Positions 52,548 through 64,000 of a stretch of DNA of 64,000 nucleotides are shown in pieces (the first letter of the stretch is position 1; every line of letters begins with the position of its first letter). Origin of the DNA: a virus. The translations under genes were made by a program, and so were the position numbers. The stretch covers positions 7,845 through 71,844 of IMG/VR virus record IMGVR_UViG_3300033121_000578. One strand, written 5' to 3'. The notes under the pieces were generated by a model. The model did not search any database and had not been told where the DNA came from. It worked only from the letters and a program-made list of their open reading frames with translations.

Positions 52548-54524
52548 CCTAAAAAATGCATGAAATGTGGTGGAAAGCCAAAGATGCAACTCGCAGGAGA
52601 AGTACAATGCCCTCCCGGATTTAAATCCGATGGATTTGGTAATTGTATACCAGATGAAGCTCAGAAGATTAATTTTACAGACTACACAAAACTTCCTAGT
52701 GAGAAGATAAATATACCACCTCAACCATTGATAAAAGAGGAAGATGTTGTGGGCCCACCCCCTATAAATGAACCTGTTAATCAACCAGTATATAAGGATA
52801 GAATAGATGAAGGTATTGCAAAAGGTATAATATCTGGTAAAAAAGATGAGGATGGAAATGAAGGAAATGCAAGAGACCAATACAATGCTATATATGAAAA
52901 AAAGGATAAAGAACCTCAACCAAAGTTAGACCCATACTGGTTATTCAGAGGTTTCAGAAACGGCATGTCATGGTTAAGCGGAATGGTCGAGAGAGGTAGA
53001 CAGAATAGATATGACTGGATGCAGCAGACGGCTTTGGGTCAGATGAATCCTATGCCAACTGATGATTTCCAACCAAATCCATATAACTTATATATGCAGA
53101 AAGGTGGAAATCTTAAACATATTGTTAAAGAGTATAACAAATATACTAATGCTGCTCAGATGGATATGGGAGATGGTATGGTAGATGACCAAGGTCTAAT
53201 GAAAAAAGGTGGACATGTATCTATTGTCGAACTGTTAGCAGAAAGAGGACAAGATGCATCTTTTGATGCTAGAAAGAAGATGTTTGATAAGTACTTTGAT
53301 GGTAAATATTCTGGTACTGCTGAACAGAATATTGCTATGATAAAGATGCTGGAAAATCCTGTAAAGGACTCTCCATTTGTTGGAGCTATAGCAAAAGCAC
53401 CTACAAAAAATGAACAAGCTCCTAGAAAACAAGTAGCTCCACCTCCTGCAAAGAAAGTAGAACAAGTTAAAAAAGATACTCCTAAATCAACAGCATTTGC
53501 AAATGCAATAGGTGCAGCTGTTGCTACAATTAGCGGAGATAGAAGAGGTACACTAGAATCTGGAGTAGTTGTAGATAAAGGAACAAATACAGAGTATGTA
53601 ATAAAAGGAAATAAGATTGTGAAGTCATTTCCTGTGCTAACTGGTCAGGCTGGAAAAAATTCAAAAACAGACTCCAATAGTAATCCATTTAGCGTGGCCT
53701 ATCTAGAGAATCATCCAGAAGATAGGTCAACTCCAACTGGGTCATATTTAATGAATCCTAATCCAAATATTTATGGGTGGCCGGGATATAATTTACAAGG
53801 AATTCCTGCATATGGAGAAAGCGCTCAAAAAACAACTGTGGCAATGCACATAACATATGGAAGTGACCCAAAGGCTGGATTAAAGGGACATCCAGACCCA
53901 CAAGAGTTCAAAAGAAGAAATGCAGCATATACTATGTCACCTCAAAGCAGGTTTATGAGCTATGGATGTACAAATATGCAAGGTGAGGCTATTGATTGTT
54001 TAACTAAGGAATTCCCAAAAGGAGATACCGCAGTATATATAGATTCTAGAATACCAAAAGATAAAGATTTAATTCGTTCATTTCAAAAAGAAGAAGGAGG
54101 AGAAATGAAGAAGGGAGGATATGAGATTGATAGAATGATAATAACAAGAAAAATCTTACCACAACTTCTTCAGCTCGGAAGACTTGGTACATCCAAATAC
54201 AGAAATATGAAGAAGGGCGGAATTCATATTAATCCAGAGAATAAGGGTAAATTTACTGCCTCTGCTAAAGAACATGGAATGGGTGTACAGGAATTTGCAG
54301 AACATGTATTATCTAATAAAGAGGAATATTCTCCAACTCAGGTAAAAAGAGCTAACTTTGCAAGAAATGCAAGCAAATGGAATAGAAAAGCAGGAGGTTT
54401 AACACCAAATAAGGCTCGTCAGATATTACATGACAAAGAAATTCATGGTAAACCACTAACTGATAAACAAAGACGTTATTTTGGAGCAATGTCTAAAGGA
54501 CATACTAATTTTAGAGGAAAATAA
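52527..54524 (+). CDS. virion protein with C-terminal L,D-transpeptidase (YkuD)-like catalytic domain
   Basis: NKIVKSFPVLTGQAG...TPTGSYLM...VAMHITYG...SYGCTNMQGEAIDCL...GDTAVYI matches the YkuD pattern including the catalytic Cys. Confidence 0.6.
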   Translation: MCITMFRPKKCMKCGGKPKMQLAGEVQCPPGFKSDGFGNCIPDEAQKINFTDYTKLPSEKINIPPQPLIKEEDVVGPPPINEPVNQPVYKDRIDEGIAKGIISGKKDEDGNEGNARDQYNAIYEKKDKEPQPKLDPYWLFRGFRNGMSWLSGMVERGRQNRYDWMQQTALGQMNPMPTDDFQPNPYNLYMQKGGNLKHIVKEYNKYTNAAQMDMGDGMVDDQGLMKKGGHVSIVELLAERGQDASFDARKKMFDKYFDGKYSGTAEQNIAMIKMLENPVKDSPFVGAIAKAPTKNEQAPRKQVAPPPAKKVEQVKKDTPKSTAFANAIGAAVATISGDRRGTLESGVVVDKGTNTEYVIKGNKIVKSFPVLTGQAGKNSKTDSNSNPFSVAYLENHPEDRSTPTGSYLMNPNPNIYGWPGYNLQGIPAYGESAQKTTVAMHITYGSDPKAGLKGHPDPQEFKRRNAAYTMSPQSRFMSYGCTNMQGEAIDCLTKEFPKGDTAVYIDSRIPKDKDLIRSFQKEEGGEMKKGGYEIDRMIITRKILPQLLQLGRLGTSKYRNMKKGGIHINPENKGKFTASAKEHGMGVQEFAEHVLSNKEEYSPTQVKRANFARNASKWNRKAGGLTPNKARQILHDKEIHGKPLTDKQRRYFGAMSKGHTNFRGK

Positions 54525-54544
54525 AAACAATATTTATTAAAGTT

Positions 54545-55828
54545 ATGATGGATTTTATTTCTATGCTTGGCTATTCGGACAAAAGCCCCTATAAGCATAA
54601 CCCCTATCTGGATATACATACTCCAAACGGGTTAATTGATATGTCCAATACTTATATGGATTTAATAGGTATAGATAATAAGGGAAACAAGAAGAAAATG
54701 AAGGCAGGGAGAAAGAATCCATATAAGTTTGAGGGAGACATTGTTAGAGAAGTGCCAATGCAAGTAGGTGGATTGCACTTTCTAGAACCAAATGATAAAA
54801 AGTTGCCTAAAGGAATTGGTCCATATTTATCAAATTCCTCAGAATTAGCTACATCTATTGGGGGAGAAAATGGAGAACCTGCTTATTTAATACCATCAAT
54901 GAAATATGGAAGACCTCTTGATAATCCCTATTTGGAGTTTCTTCGTACTGGTGACCATCTTGGAGGTCCATTTAAGACTTGGCAAGAGGCAGATGAGTGG
55001 GAAAAAAATGTAAGGCATCCATATGTTGAAAAGGGAGAGTCTATCCCAACTCCTATAAGAAGATGGTCTCTTAAAAAGGGAGGAAATCCCTATCAAGAAG
55101 GAGGGATAACACCAGAACAAGTATTTGGTTTTCTGTTTGATGGTGATGATGAAAGGAAACAACAGAAAGAAGAATTAAGATTGCTTCAGGAAAGAGAGTT
55201 AGCTGTTGAGGAAAATGAAATGAGACAGGCTGCTCAGTTAAGAGAAATTGGAAGACAGAGGAAAATGATGGAGGAAGAAGCTCAATATAATTTAGCAATG
55301 GGTCTTGCAATGGAGGACGGAAATCTTGATTTAAATTCACCACGTTTTACAAATACGACACCTATTGTACAATCCTCTAAACCATTTGTAGCAACAAATA
55401 CTGACTTATATGGTACGGCAAAGCAGTATGAAGGAACTCCATATAAATTTGCAGGAACTGGTAATGATGGAATAGATTGTTCTGGATATGTTTGTAGAGT
55501 AGTTGGCTTACCTCGTACATCATCTGAAGAAATAGTAAAGAATGCTCCAAACTTCCGTCAATTTACTGGAAACCCCTATGATTTCAAAGAAGGAACAGTT
55601 ATAGGATTTGATACAGGAATTGCTTCATTTGAGAAGAAAGAGGGAAATAAAAGAAAATATGGTATGGACCACGTTGGAGTAATAGTTAGAAAACCTGAAA
55701 CAGGAGAGTTGTTATATACACATTCTGCAGGAAGCACTGGAGTTAAAACAATGACAATTCCTGAAATGTTAAGAAAATATAAAAATTCCAGAATCTTCTT
55801 AGGAGATTACGGACAAAAAACTAAATAA
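54545..55828 (+). CDS. virion protein with C-terminal NlpC/P60 cysteine peptidase domain
   Basis: YKFAGTGNDGIDCSGYVCRVVGLP (catalytic Cys), MDHVGVIV (His), YTHSAGS. Confidence 0.75.
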   Translation: MMDFISMLGYSDKSPYKHNPYLDIHTPNGLIDMSNTYMDLIGIDNKGNKKKMKAGRKNPYKFEGDIVREVPMQVGGLHFLEPNDKKLPKGIGPYLSNSSELATSIGGENGEPAYLIPSMKYGRPLDNPYLEFLRTGDHLGGPFKTWQEADEWEKNVRHPYVEKGESIPTPIRRWSLKKGGNPYQEGGITPEQVFGFLFDGDDERKQQKEELRLLQERELAVEENEMRQAAQLREIGRQRKMMEEEAQYNLAMGLAMEDGNLDLNSPRFTNTTPIVQSSKPFVATNTDLYGTAKQYEGTPYKFAGTGNDGIDCSGYVCRVVGLPRTSSEEIVKNAPNFRQFTGNPYDFKEGTVIGFDTGIASFEKKEGNKRKYGMDHVGVIVRKPETGELLYTHSAGSTGVKTMTIPEMLRKYKNSRIFLGDYGQKTK

Positions 55829-55829
55829 A

Positions 55830-57746
55830 ATGGGAGTAGCAGATAACAGAACCTACAAAAATGAATATCACTTTACTGATGATAGCAAACCTACATCAGA
55901 GCAGCATCCTTCTATAGAGAAGGACCCTAAAGTGAATACAACTATAAAGAAGAACCCCTATCGTTCTAACGTAGAGATAGAGGGAGGTGAGGTTGTTTTA
56001 CAGCCTGACCTATCTGCTCTCTTTAAAGCAAAGGGAAAAAGACACGCACAGGGTGGTATGGATGTACTACTTAAGCCAGATTCATTTGTATTCTCTGACT
56101 ATAAAGAGTTGGAGATAGATGAGGATGAAGCTGAAGACTTCGAATTAAAAGAAGGAGGTACCCCTGCAAAAACGCTTAAGAAGAATATAGACATTAAGCA
56201 CTATAATACCCTTATACAGAATATAGATAACCCTTATAAGGATGATTTAGCTAAAAAGTCATCTGCAAGAATGTTGGAAAAATATATAAAAATGTTAGGA
56301 AACATTGCTTATTTGCAGGAAAATAAGAAAGGTTTCCCTCAAGGTTTACCAGATTTCTCTATTGGAACAGCTCCTATGGAAAATGAAGAATTAGAAGACC
56401 AAATGGATGAAAATAAACAATATATGAAAGCTGGAGGTATAACAAAAAATCCATATAAGGCTCAGAAAGGAGTAACTATCACAGATGATATTTTTAATAC
56501 TGCAAAGAAAAAGAAGCTAGATAATGCAGAAGGATGGACACTTATTGGAGAAAGAGATGGTGCAAAAATCTACCAAAAAACAACAACTGGTGAGGTAAAA
56601 GCAATTCCTGCTCCAAAAGTTGTTCAGAAATCTAATTTATCAGATGAGCAATATTTAAAGATGTTATCTGAAGGTAGTCTGTCACAAATGTCTGGAGACC
56701 AATTAGTTGCAGACAAAAGAATAAGTCCGTATTATAAAACTATATGGGATACAAAATATAGAAAGTCTCCAGATACTGTAGATTATGGGTATATGCAGGA
56801 TGCAGCAGGTACTTTTCCAACTGGTTGGTATAATGATAAAACAGGTCCTCATTTTAGAATTCCAGATAACATGAGAGGTGAGCTTGAACAAGAAGTCAAA
56901 CAAGAAGTCTCTGGACCAACCGTTGAAAAGCAAGAGTATACACCTCAGGGAGTAAAGAGAGCAGATTGGCAATTTACGCCTTGGCAGAAATTGTCCCAAG
57001 CTTATAACTGGGGACAATACGCTGGTGTTCAACGATATATGCCATTCCGTTCCCGTTATAATGCTACCTATGTGGACCCTGCTTTGGTAAACCCAGAACA
57101 GGCTATTGGAGATATGAAGGGTATGACAAATCAACAACTAGCATCCTTATCTACACTTTCTCCTATTCTTAGAAATGCTCAGGCTGCTGGAAGTTTTGGA
57201 CAACTTCTTGGACAAATTGGCTCAGTTAGAAGTCAGTATGATAACCAGAATGCTCAAATTCTTAATCAAACTCGTCAATATAATAATCAGGTTAAGAATA
57301 ACGAAAGCTTGGTTAATATGGGTAATGACCAGCAATACTATACTCAGGCAGTAGAGGGAAGGAAGAATTTTGAGAACATGAGAACATATACAGCTAACCA
57401 AGCTATGAACAATGTGATGAGAGATGTAGAAACTAACCAAAAGTTAGCATATAACCTTCTTACACAGAATAACCCAGCCTACAACTTTGCTTGGAAAACT
57501 GGTAGATTTACTCGTACAAATAAGAGTATTCTTGATGTACAGAATTCAGGAAAAGGTGATTATTTAGAAAATTTTGTTGGAGAAATAACAAAAGATTGGG
57601 ATAAAATGGATACAGACCAGAGATTAAACTTCCTAAAAATTCTCACAGCAAAAGGGTTTACTCCATCTGGAAACACATCTAATCCATTTGCTGGAATGAA
57701 TTTACCATCTAAGAAGGGTGGTAAAATAAAGAATCCCTATAAATAA
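55830..57746 (+). CDS. large hypothetical virion protein (638 aa)
   Basis: ORF in the large-protein module. Confidence 0.6.
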   Translation: MGVADNRTYKNEYHFTDDSKPTSEQHPSIEKDPKVNTTIKKNPYRSNVEIEGGEVVLQPDLSALFKAKGKRHAQGGMDVLLKPDSFVFSDYKELEIDEDEAEDFELKEGGTPAKTLKKNIDIKHYNTLIQNIDNPYKDDLAKKSSARMLEKYIKMLGNIAYLQENKKGFPQGLPDFSIGTAPMENEELEDQMDENKQYMKAGGITKNPYKAQKGVTITDDIFNTAKKKKLDNAEGWTLIGERDGAKIYQKTTTGEVKAIPAPKVVQKSNLSDEQYLKMLSEGSLSQMSGDQLVADKRISPYYKTIWDTKYRKSPDTVDYGYMQDAAGTFPTGWYNDKTGPHFRIPDNMRGELEQEVKQEVSGPTVEKQEYTPQGVKRADWQFTPWQKLSQAYNWGQYAGVQRYMPFRSRYNATYVDPALVNPEQAIGDMKGMTNQQLASLSTLSPILRNAQAAGSFGQLLGQIGSVRSQYDNQNAQILNQTRQYNNQVKNNESLVNMGNDQQYYTQAVEGRKNFENMRTYTANQAMNNVMRDVETNQKLAYNLLTQNNPAYNFAWKTGRFTRTNKSILDVQNSGKGDYLENFVGEITKDWDKMDTDQRLNFLKILTAKGFTPSGNTSNPFAGMNLPSKKGGKIKNPYK

Positions 57747-57798
57747 CTTCAAAAATTAATTTGCTAAGAATCAATTAATTATATAAATTTGTAAAAGA

Positions 57799-60378
57799 AT
57801 GCCAGCAACTTCACCATATTCAGGTAATGATTATCAAGCAGTTAGCAACTTTAGACCTTATGAGTTGCCTGTAAATGATATATTTAAGGCCATCAGTGCT
57901 CAGAACCAATTCTGGGATGCTGGTGCAGCCCGTGTAAAAAGCTACTATGATAAAGGTCTCAACCTTGATTTAACTTTAGAAGAGAACAGAAAAATCAGAG
58001 ACCAGTTCATGAAGGATGCTGAAAAGGAAATGATAAAGCTTTCTACCATGGATTTGGCAGACCCATCTGTCCAAAGAAAAGGAATGTCTATAATGTCTCC
58101 ATTATTTAAGGATAAGGCAATTCTGTATGATGACCAGCTTACAAGAGTAAAGAAACAAATCTTTTCTGAAGCAGATTCATATAGAACAAAGAAGCTTACT
58201 CCTAATGGAATAGAGGGAGAGGGATTTTCTCAAAAGAATCTAGCATATGCCCTAGATGGATTTGAAGAATTTAATGAAAAGACAGCTAGAGATGAAAATG
58301 TCCTAAAAGGACTTTATGGAAAGTTAGCAAATAAAAAGTATATTCCCCAGTACGATATGACTAGGGAATTTACAAAAATTATAAATAACTGTAAGGGTTC
58401 TTCTGAGTTTAAGCAAGATGTTGCTGATGGGAATTATTTATACTTTGATGTATCCTCTAAAGAGGGAGCAACATCTAGTGAGATGACTAACTGTTTTATG
58501 ATGGGAATGTCTCCTATGGCAAAACAACAGTTATCCATAGATGGTTGGGCCTATTATAAGTCTAGCAGTAATCCATATACAGATTTGGCCAACGACCACT
58601 ATAACATGAAGGTGGGACCATATAAGGAAAGAAAGGAAGCCATAGAAGCAACCATAAAAGGAATTGAAGATAAGGCTGTAAAGACAGACGAAGATAAGAA
58701 AAATATAGCAAATCTTAAAAAAGTCCTTGATGCGGCTGCTTCTGATTATAATGAGGCAGAAATTGAGTTTAAGAATATGACTTCTGATAATGGATTAGAG
58801 TATGCAAAGAGCAACTTCCAATCGTTAGCAGGTAGTATATACATGAATAGATTTCTCAAGAATGTAGGAGAAACCTATAAGAATGATAATGTTACACGTA
58901 AGTTAATTCCAAATGCTGCAGGAATTGCCCAATTTAATGCTCACGAAAGAGAGCGTCTAATGTATATTCAGGATAACCTTGAGACGAATAGAATTATGCT
59001 TAAGGCAAAACTTGACTATGAGTTAGAGGTAGCAAAGGGAAATGCTGGAATTACACCTCTTCCTTTAAACCCAAGAGTTGCTCCGGGAGAAGACAATGTT
59101 ACATTTACTCCAGAAATGCAAATGGAGGAAGAAGGATTAGCATGGAATGAATACTCTAAGGCTTATGAAACTATTAGGGAATATATAGCTCAAAAAATAG
59201 ACCCAACTAAACCTGTTACACATACTCAGATTCTTAACTATGCAAATAGTGTAGCAAAAGATAATCCAGAATTTAATCAACTTTTGGATGTATATAATAA
59301 GTCAAAAGAGGCTTACGAAGAAAAGGTCTTATTTAGAAAGGGCGTAGAAGAGAAAATAAAACTTTCAAATAAAGAAGCTTATCAAAAGCTTTCTAATGAA
59401 AAAATTACTTTAGCAGATGGGACTGTAGTTTCAGGAGCAGATATAGCAGATGGAATGAAAGAATATAAGGCAACTACGGCTTCTACTGCATTTGGAGGAA
59501 AAGAAACTAAAAGAGATAACCAAAAGGTATGGTATCACACATTCACCTTTGTTGCACCAAATGGTAAAAAATATAACATTTCATCTAATGTGCTATTATC
59601 CGGTGATAAAAGAAAAATATATGATTTATTTAGAAAGTACCAAGATTATGTTTCTGATAATAGAAAATCACTAAATGAAGCGTACTCAAAGAAATGGTAT
59701 GAGGCAAATAAGTTTTATACACCTAACTTTAATATCGAAAAGAATATAACTCTGAGAAACTATATAGCTTCCGTAACAGGATTAGGTGATGCTCCCGGAG
59801 GAAAAGACGGGTATAGGGTATTTGGTATGGATAAAAATGCAACTAGTATTTATGTAAATCCAACTGATTCAGAAGGAAGAGATATTAACAGCAAATCAGT
59901 AATAGAAAGTTTGGTAAAAAGAGCCCAAGGTAGAAGCGGAAGTGTAGATGTTGGTATACAGAGGATAGGTAGTGGTGAGTATGCAATAAGACTTACCCCT
60001 AGAGCACCCGGTGTTATTCCTGCACTACCGAATATGCCAACCCAGCAACAACAAAAAGACATAGAGAAGCTAAGAAACTTCCAAACTCATATGGAGGGAT
60101 TATTAAAAGGAAATTACGCATCATCTGAAGATTTAAAAGATGGTACAGGAAATCCTTACTCTATAAGAAATGTAGTACTTACAGCTCCGAACGGACTAAA
60201 GATTAAGGTACACGCACAGCTGGCAAACGGAAAAGTATCTCTTATTCCATCATATGAAAATAAAGAAGGAGGATGGACACCAAATAATCGTTCTCACTCT
60301 GACCCAGAGGAACTAATCCTAAGATTAGGAGACTTTTATGGACAACCTCAATCACAAAATCTATTCAATTTGAGATAA
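57799..60378 (+). CDS. large hypothetical virion protein (859 aa)
   Basis: ORF in the large-protein module. Confidence 0.6.
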   Translation: MPATSPYSGNDYQAVSNFRPYELPVNDIFKAISAQNQFWDAGAARVKSYYDKGLNLDLTLEENRKIRDQFMKDAEKEMIKLSTMDLADPSVQRKGMSIMSPLFKDKAILYDDQLTRVKKQIFSEADSYRTKKLTPNGIEGEGFSQKNLAYALDGFEEFNEKTARDENVLKGLYGKLANKKYIPQYDMTREFTKIINNCKGSSEFKQDVADGNYLYFDVSSKEGATSSEMTNCFMMGMSPMAKQQLSIDGWAYYKSSSNPYTDLANDHYNMKVGPYKERKEAIEATIKGIEDKAVKTDEDKKNIANLKKVLDAAASDYNEAEIEFKNMTSDNGLEYAKSNFQSLAGSIYMNRFLKNVGETYKNDNVTRKLIPNAAGIAQFNAHERERLMYIQDNLETNRIMLKAKLDYELEVAKGNAGITPLPLNPRVAPGEDNVTFTPEMQMEEEGLAWNEYSKAYETIREYIAQKIDPTKPVTHTQILNYANSVAKDNPEFNQLLDVYNKSKEAYEEKVLFRKGVEEKIKLSNKEAYQKLSNEKITLADGTVVSGADIADGMKEYKATTASTAFGGKETKRDNQKVWYHTFTFVAPNGKKYNISSNVLLSGDKRKIYDLFRKYQDYVSDNRKSLNEAYSKKWYEANKFYTPNFNIEKNITLRNYIASVTGLGDAPGGKDGYRVFGMDKNATSIYVNPTDSEGRDINSKSVIESLVKRAQGRSGSVDVGIQRIGSGEYAIRLTPRAPGVIPALPNMPTQQQQKDIEKLRNFQTHMEGLLKGNYASSEDLKDGTGNPYSIRNVVLTAPNGLKIKVHAQLANGKVSLIPSYENKEGGWTPNNRSHSDPEELILRLGDFYGQPQSQNLFNLR

Positions 60379-63300
60379 ATGGAAGAACCAATTCTAACAA
60401 ATACTCTATCGGAAGGAGCGGTTGGTATATTTGATGAGAATATACTTGCAGCAAGACTAGATACAATGGAGAGAAGAGAAGCACTCTTCTCTGATTTTAA
60501 TGTTCCAGCATTAGAGTTGGCACCTATACAACCTATTGTTCCAAAGGATTTGAGAACAGATGACCTAATTACATCTAAAAATCTTCCAAAAATACAGGAA
60601 TATCTTACATCTTCTGACCCAAAATTAAATAAACTAGCAAATGACTATCTTGACCAAAAGCTAGCAACCAATAAGGCATATACCCATGGATATGGTATGC
60701 CACGTATGGTAAGATACCAAGAGGGACAAGATAAATATACAGAGGACAAGTGGTTTAGAGAAAGTGTATATACAAGATATGGATTTGACCCAGATATAAG
60801 TTTGGCAGAAAATGAGGATTGGATACATAAGAATGTATGGGAAAACTTTAGCACTTTTGGAAAGTTGTGGAGAGGAGTTGGAACATTTGCTGGTAGAGTA
60901 TTGGTGAAAACAGCAACAGGATTAGTCTCTATGGTTGCAATACTCCCTCAGTTTGTAAAGAATCTAGGAGAAGAGGGAGTAGAATTATTTGGAGGTCCTA
61001 AGAATGAGTTCTTTGCAGATATGAGCGAGAACGTAATCGTTAGGGCTATGGAGAACGTAGATGACTACACAAAACAGTGGATTCTTCCTACCTATAAATC
61101 AATTACGTATGACGGAAAAGGAGCATTTGCTAAACTAGGTGACCCCTACTTCTGGATGAATGAGGGTGCTGATGGTATTGGATTTCTCCTTCAGTTTGCT
61201 GTTCCTGCTACAGCTTTTGGTAAGCTGACACAATTAGCAAGAGTTGGAAAAGCTTCTAAATTTTGGGCTGCAGGAATCGGTGAAACAGCTACAGCATCAA
61301 GAGCATCAAAAGTGGCTGGCACTGTAGTTGAAACACTTACAGGTTCTAGGAATGTAGGAGGTATAACTGCACACGTATTTAATACAACAATGGAATCTCT
61401 GATTGAAACAAATGAAGGTTTCAAGAAGAATGTGCAGGATTTAATGAAGAAGGGATATAGTGAAGAAGAGGCTAAGAAAATAGCTTCACAGTTTGCACCT
61501 TCTCAGTTTTGGTTGAATATGGGAATTCTTACTGCATCAAATGCATGGGAAAACAAATTCTTCCAGAAACTTGCTAAAAACAGGAGAGGTGTTGCAGGTT
61601 ATGCTGACGAAGCAGGTCTAATAAAAGAAGTAGCTAAGCAGAATAGAAGACTACCATATTACGGTAAGATGTGGACTAAGGCAGTTCTTATGGAAGCCTA
61701 CTGGGAAGAAAATGCCCAGTTAGCAGCACAGAGAGCAGCCGTTGGAGAATATGTAAGAATGGGAGATGATACCAAGTATGGTAAGACCGAGATGATAGAT
61801 AGAGCAACTGGTTTTGTAGGAAGCCTATCTGCATTTGGTAAACAATTAGTGAAGCAAACAGCTGATGCTTCTTGGTGGGGAAAGGGTGATAGAGAAGCAG
61901 CAGAATCTATAATGGCAGGTGCCATGATAGGTATATTAGGTTCGACTTCTTTCAGTAAGTTCACTCCATCTAATGAGCCAAGTAAAGCACCTGAAGAAAC
62001 AGATGTTAAGAGAAATAAGGATGGAAACTATGAGGCTGCTAATAAGAAATCAAATTGGCAAGCTGTAAGAGATGCAATACCATTTATTGGTAAGGGTGGT
62101 GAGAGAAAGAATCAAATCAGAGCTAATCAGAGATTGGTTGCTGATGTAATGAATGCAAGAGATGCATTCTTAAGTACATCTATAGGAGAGGGTATATTTG
62201 ATGACCAAGGAAATATAGATAAGGAAAAAGCTGCAGCAAAAGTAGCAGAGTTATCTGAAAAGCTACAGAAGATTGAATTATTTAAGAAAAGAGCTATTAC
62301 AATAGATGATATAACTGACCCCAATAAAAGAGCTGTTTTACAATATGAATTGTTTGCAGATTATTTAAAGGGTCATATTCTAAACGGAACAGGTAATGAT
62401 TTAGTCTCAAGAATAGAAAAGTGGGGAAATAAGACACCTGAGGAATTAGCACTATATGGAGTAACTGGAGAACTTGCAGAAGACCCACAGAGATGGGCAA
62501 ACATTGCAAAGGACTTAATAAAGGACTATGAAAAAATAGAAAGCATCCGTTTTGAGAATAATACAAAAGAATCGGTAGATGACTTCTTAGCAAAAGAAAG
62601 AGCTATAAAAAGTTATATCTATACATTTAATGCAAAGATTAAATCATACTCTGATGCACAAAGACAACTAGATGCTATATTAAGTGAGTTTTCTCCATTT
62701 AGAGAAAAGGGTGCTAATCAAAATCCTTTCATTGCTTCATACAATGAAAAGGTAATGTTAAGAAATGCTCTTGTTAAAACGAGTGATAACTTAGTTGCAG
62801 AGGATAGTAAATTTGCACAGCGTGATAAGTTTCTTAAAGATAAGATAGAGCAATTAAATAAAGAAATTGAGGAACTAGATGGTACCCTACCTGAGCATGA
62901 GAAAGTAGATGGAGGATTTGCTGTACAAGGTGAAATAGATAATACAGCATTGGAAAACGCACTTGAAGGATTTCCTGATTATCTTGATATAGCTCTTGAG
63001 AATCTCCAGTTAAAGGATGCTATTGCTGACTTGGAATCATATGTAGGTAAACTAAAAGACCCAAAAACAGCTATAGCTAGATTTAATGAATTGGTTGATG
63101 AGTCCTCTAAAATCTTAGAGAAAGAGAATGAGCTAAACGATAAACTCAGAGACGCAAAGTATACAGAAGAGAAGATTAGTGAAATGTCTACTGAGGAGAA
63201 GAAGGAGGCTATAAAGGCATTACCTGCCAAAGAGGAAGAGGAAAAGAAAGAGGAAGAAGAGAAAACAGTATCCGAACTTGAGAAGTGGGAAAACTTCTAT

Positions 63301-64000
63301 AATAAGCACGGTCTTGCTGCATTTGGTGCATATATCTCAATGCAAATTAAAAAAGATTTGGGAGTAACAGAAGATTTTCCAACAGTAGAAGAACTTGCTA
63401 TACATTTACTATCAATTATAAATGAAAAGCTTGATAAGGATGGTTACTCACCTGATTTAACAAATAAGAGAGACTATATTAATTTCTACTTAGAAAAAGC
63501 CAGACAGGAGGGTTTAAATAAAAAGACAGAGGTTACTCCTGAGGGTACTACATTTACAGAAGACCAACTTCTAGAGATGGCTTTGGGTGAAATTGAGGAA
63601 GCTGAACAAGAATATAACGAAGCAGTAGCAGCACTTCCTGAGGAAAACTTTGAGGAAGAAAAAGCAAAACTAGAGGCAGCAAGAGATGAGAAGATAAAGG
63701 AAATTAATAGCAAGTATGGTATTGCTGAAACTCCATCAATAGAAGCAGGTGGTGCCACAGAATCAGATATAGAATCAGAGAAACAAAAAATAACAACTGA
63801 TGAATTTAAAGAGCTTGTTAGATTAGCCAAGTTCTTTATTGAAAGTCCAAAGGAACCAACAGTTGCAGGAAGTGTAATAGGAAAGTATCCTTCTCTTTTT
63901 GATGCTATTAGTAAGATAGAAAGAAGAAGACAAGAAGATTTAGATAGACCTTATAACAAAAAGAAACAAGAACTTTCTGATATAACTGAAATAGCTTCTT
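60378..64000 (+). CDS. very large hypothetical virion/ejection protein, 3'-truncated by the window edge (at least 1207 aa)
   Basis: frame from ATG 60378 read codon by codon to 64000 without a stop; absent from the ORF track only because no stop lies in the window; hydrophobic stretches and long coiled coils. Confidence 0.6.

Noticed and set aside
1-64000. CRISPR array, integrase/attachment sites, transposases
   Set aside because: No regularly spaced repeat-spacer structure, and no recombinase motifs in any ORF I read; the tRNA-like minihelix at 7577-7620 is the only integration-like relic

Overview
This window reads as a contiguous stretch of an AT-rich tailed dsDNA phage genome. No integrase, CRISPR array or transposon was seen. 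The host is most likely a Bacteroidetes member, because -33 TTTG / -7 TAnnTTTG promoters recur throughout. A crAss-like, podovirus-type architecture is plausible but is only an inference.

Layout:
- 143-9581: about 20 small early-type genes on the minus strand. These include an AAA+ ATPase and an RNAP alpha-CTD-like protein.
- 9.6-9.9 kb: a divergent control region carrying four to five GGGGTAC repeats.
- From 9.9 kb everything is on the plus strand: a truncated LpxA-like acyltransferase with an adjacent family-2 glycosyltransferase, an Endo VII-like nuclease, and a PD-(D/E)XK nuclease interrupted by a LAGLIDADG-containing intein-like insertion.
- Then a canonical packaging/head block: small terminase?, large terminase, portal, scaffold, major capsid protein.
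- Then a cluster of fibre-like genes.
- 37.4-45.2 kb: a mobile-element hotspot with 18 tRNA genes, several tRNA fragments, two HNH and one GIY-YIG homing-endonuclease genes, a truncated LAGLIDADG ORF, two tiny Cys-rich peptide ORFs and a candidate sRNA.
- 43.6-47.8 kb: a DEDDy 3'-5' exonuclease and an SPFH protein.
- 47.8 kb onward: a module of very large putative virion/ejection proteins. Two carry peptidoglycan-remodelling domains (YkuD-like and NlpC/P60). The last ORF, at least 1207 aa, runs off the window.

The most unusual items are a tRNA gene whose two halves flank an HNH gene, a promoter-to-terminator micro-gene encoding a 29-aa peptide with 7 Cys, a tRNA-Ile(UAU), the intein-like insertion, and the LpxA-like/glycosyltransferase pair. 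All coordinates were derived by hand from the printed sequence and may be off by a few bases.
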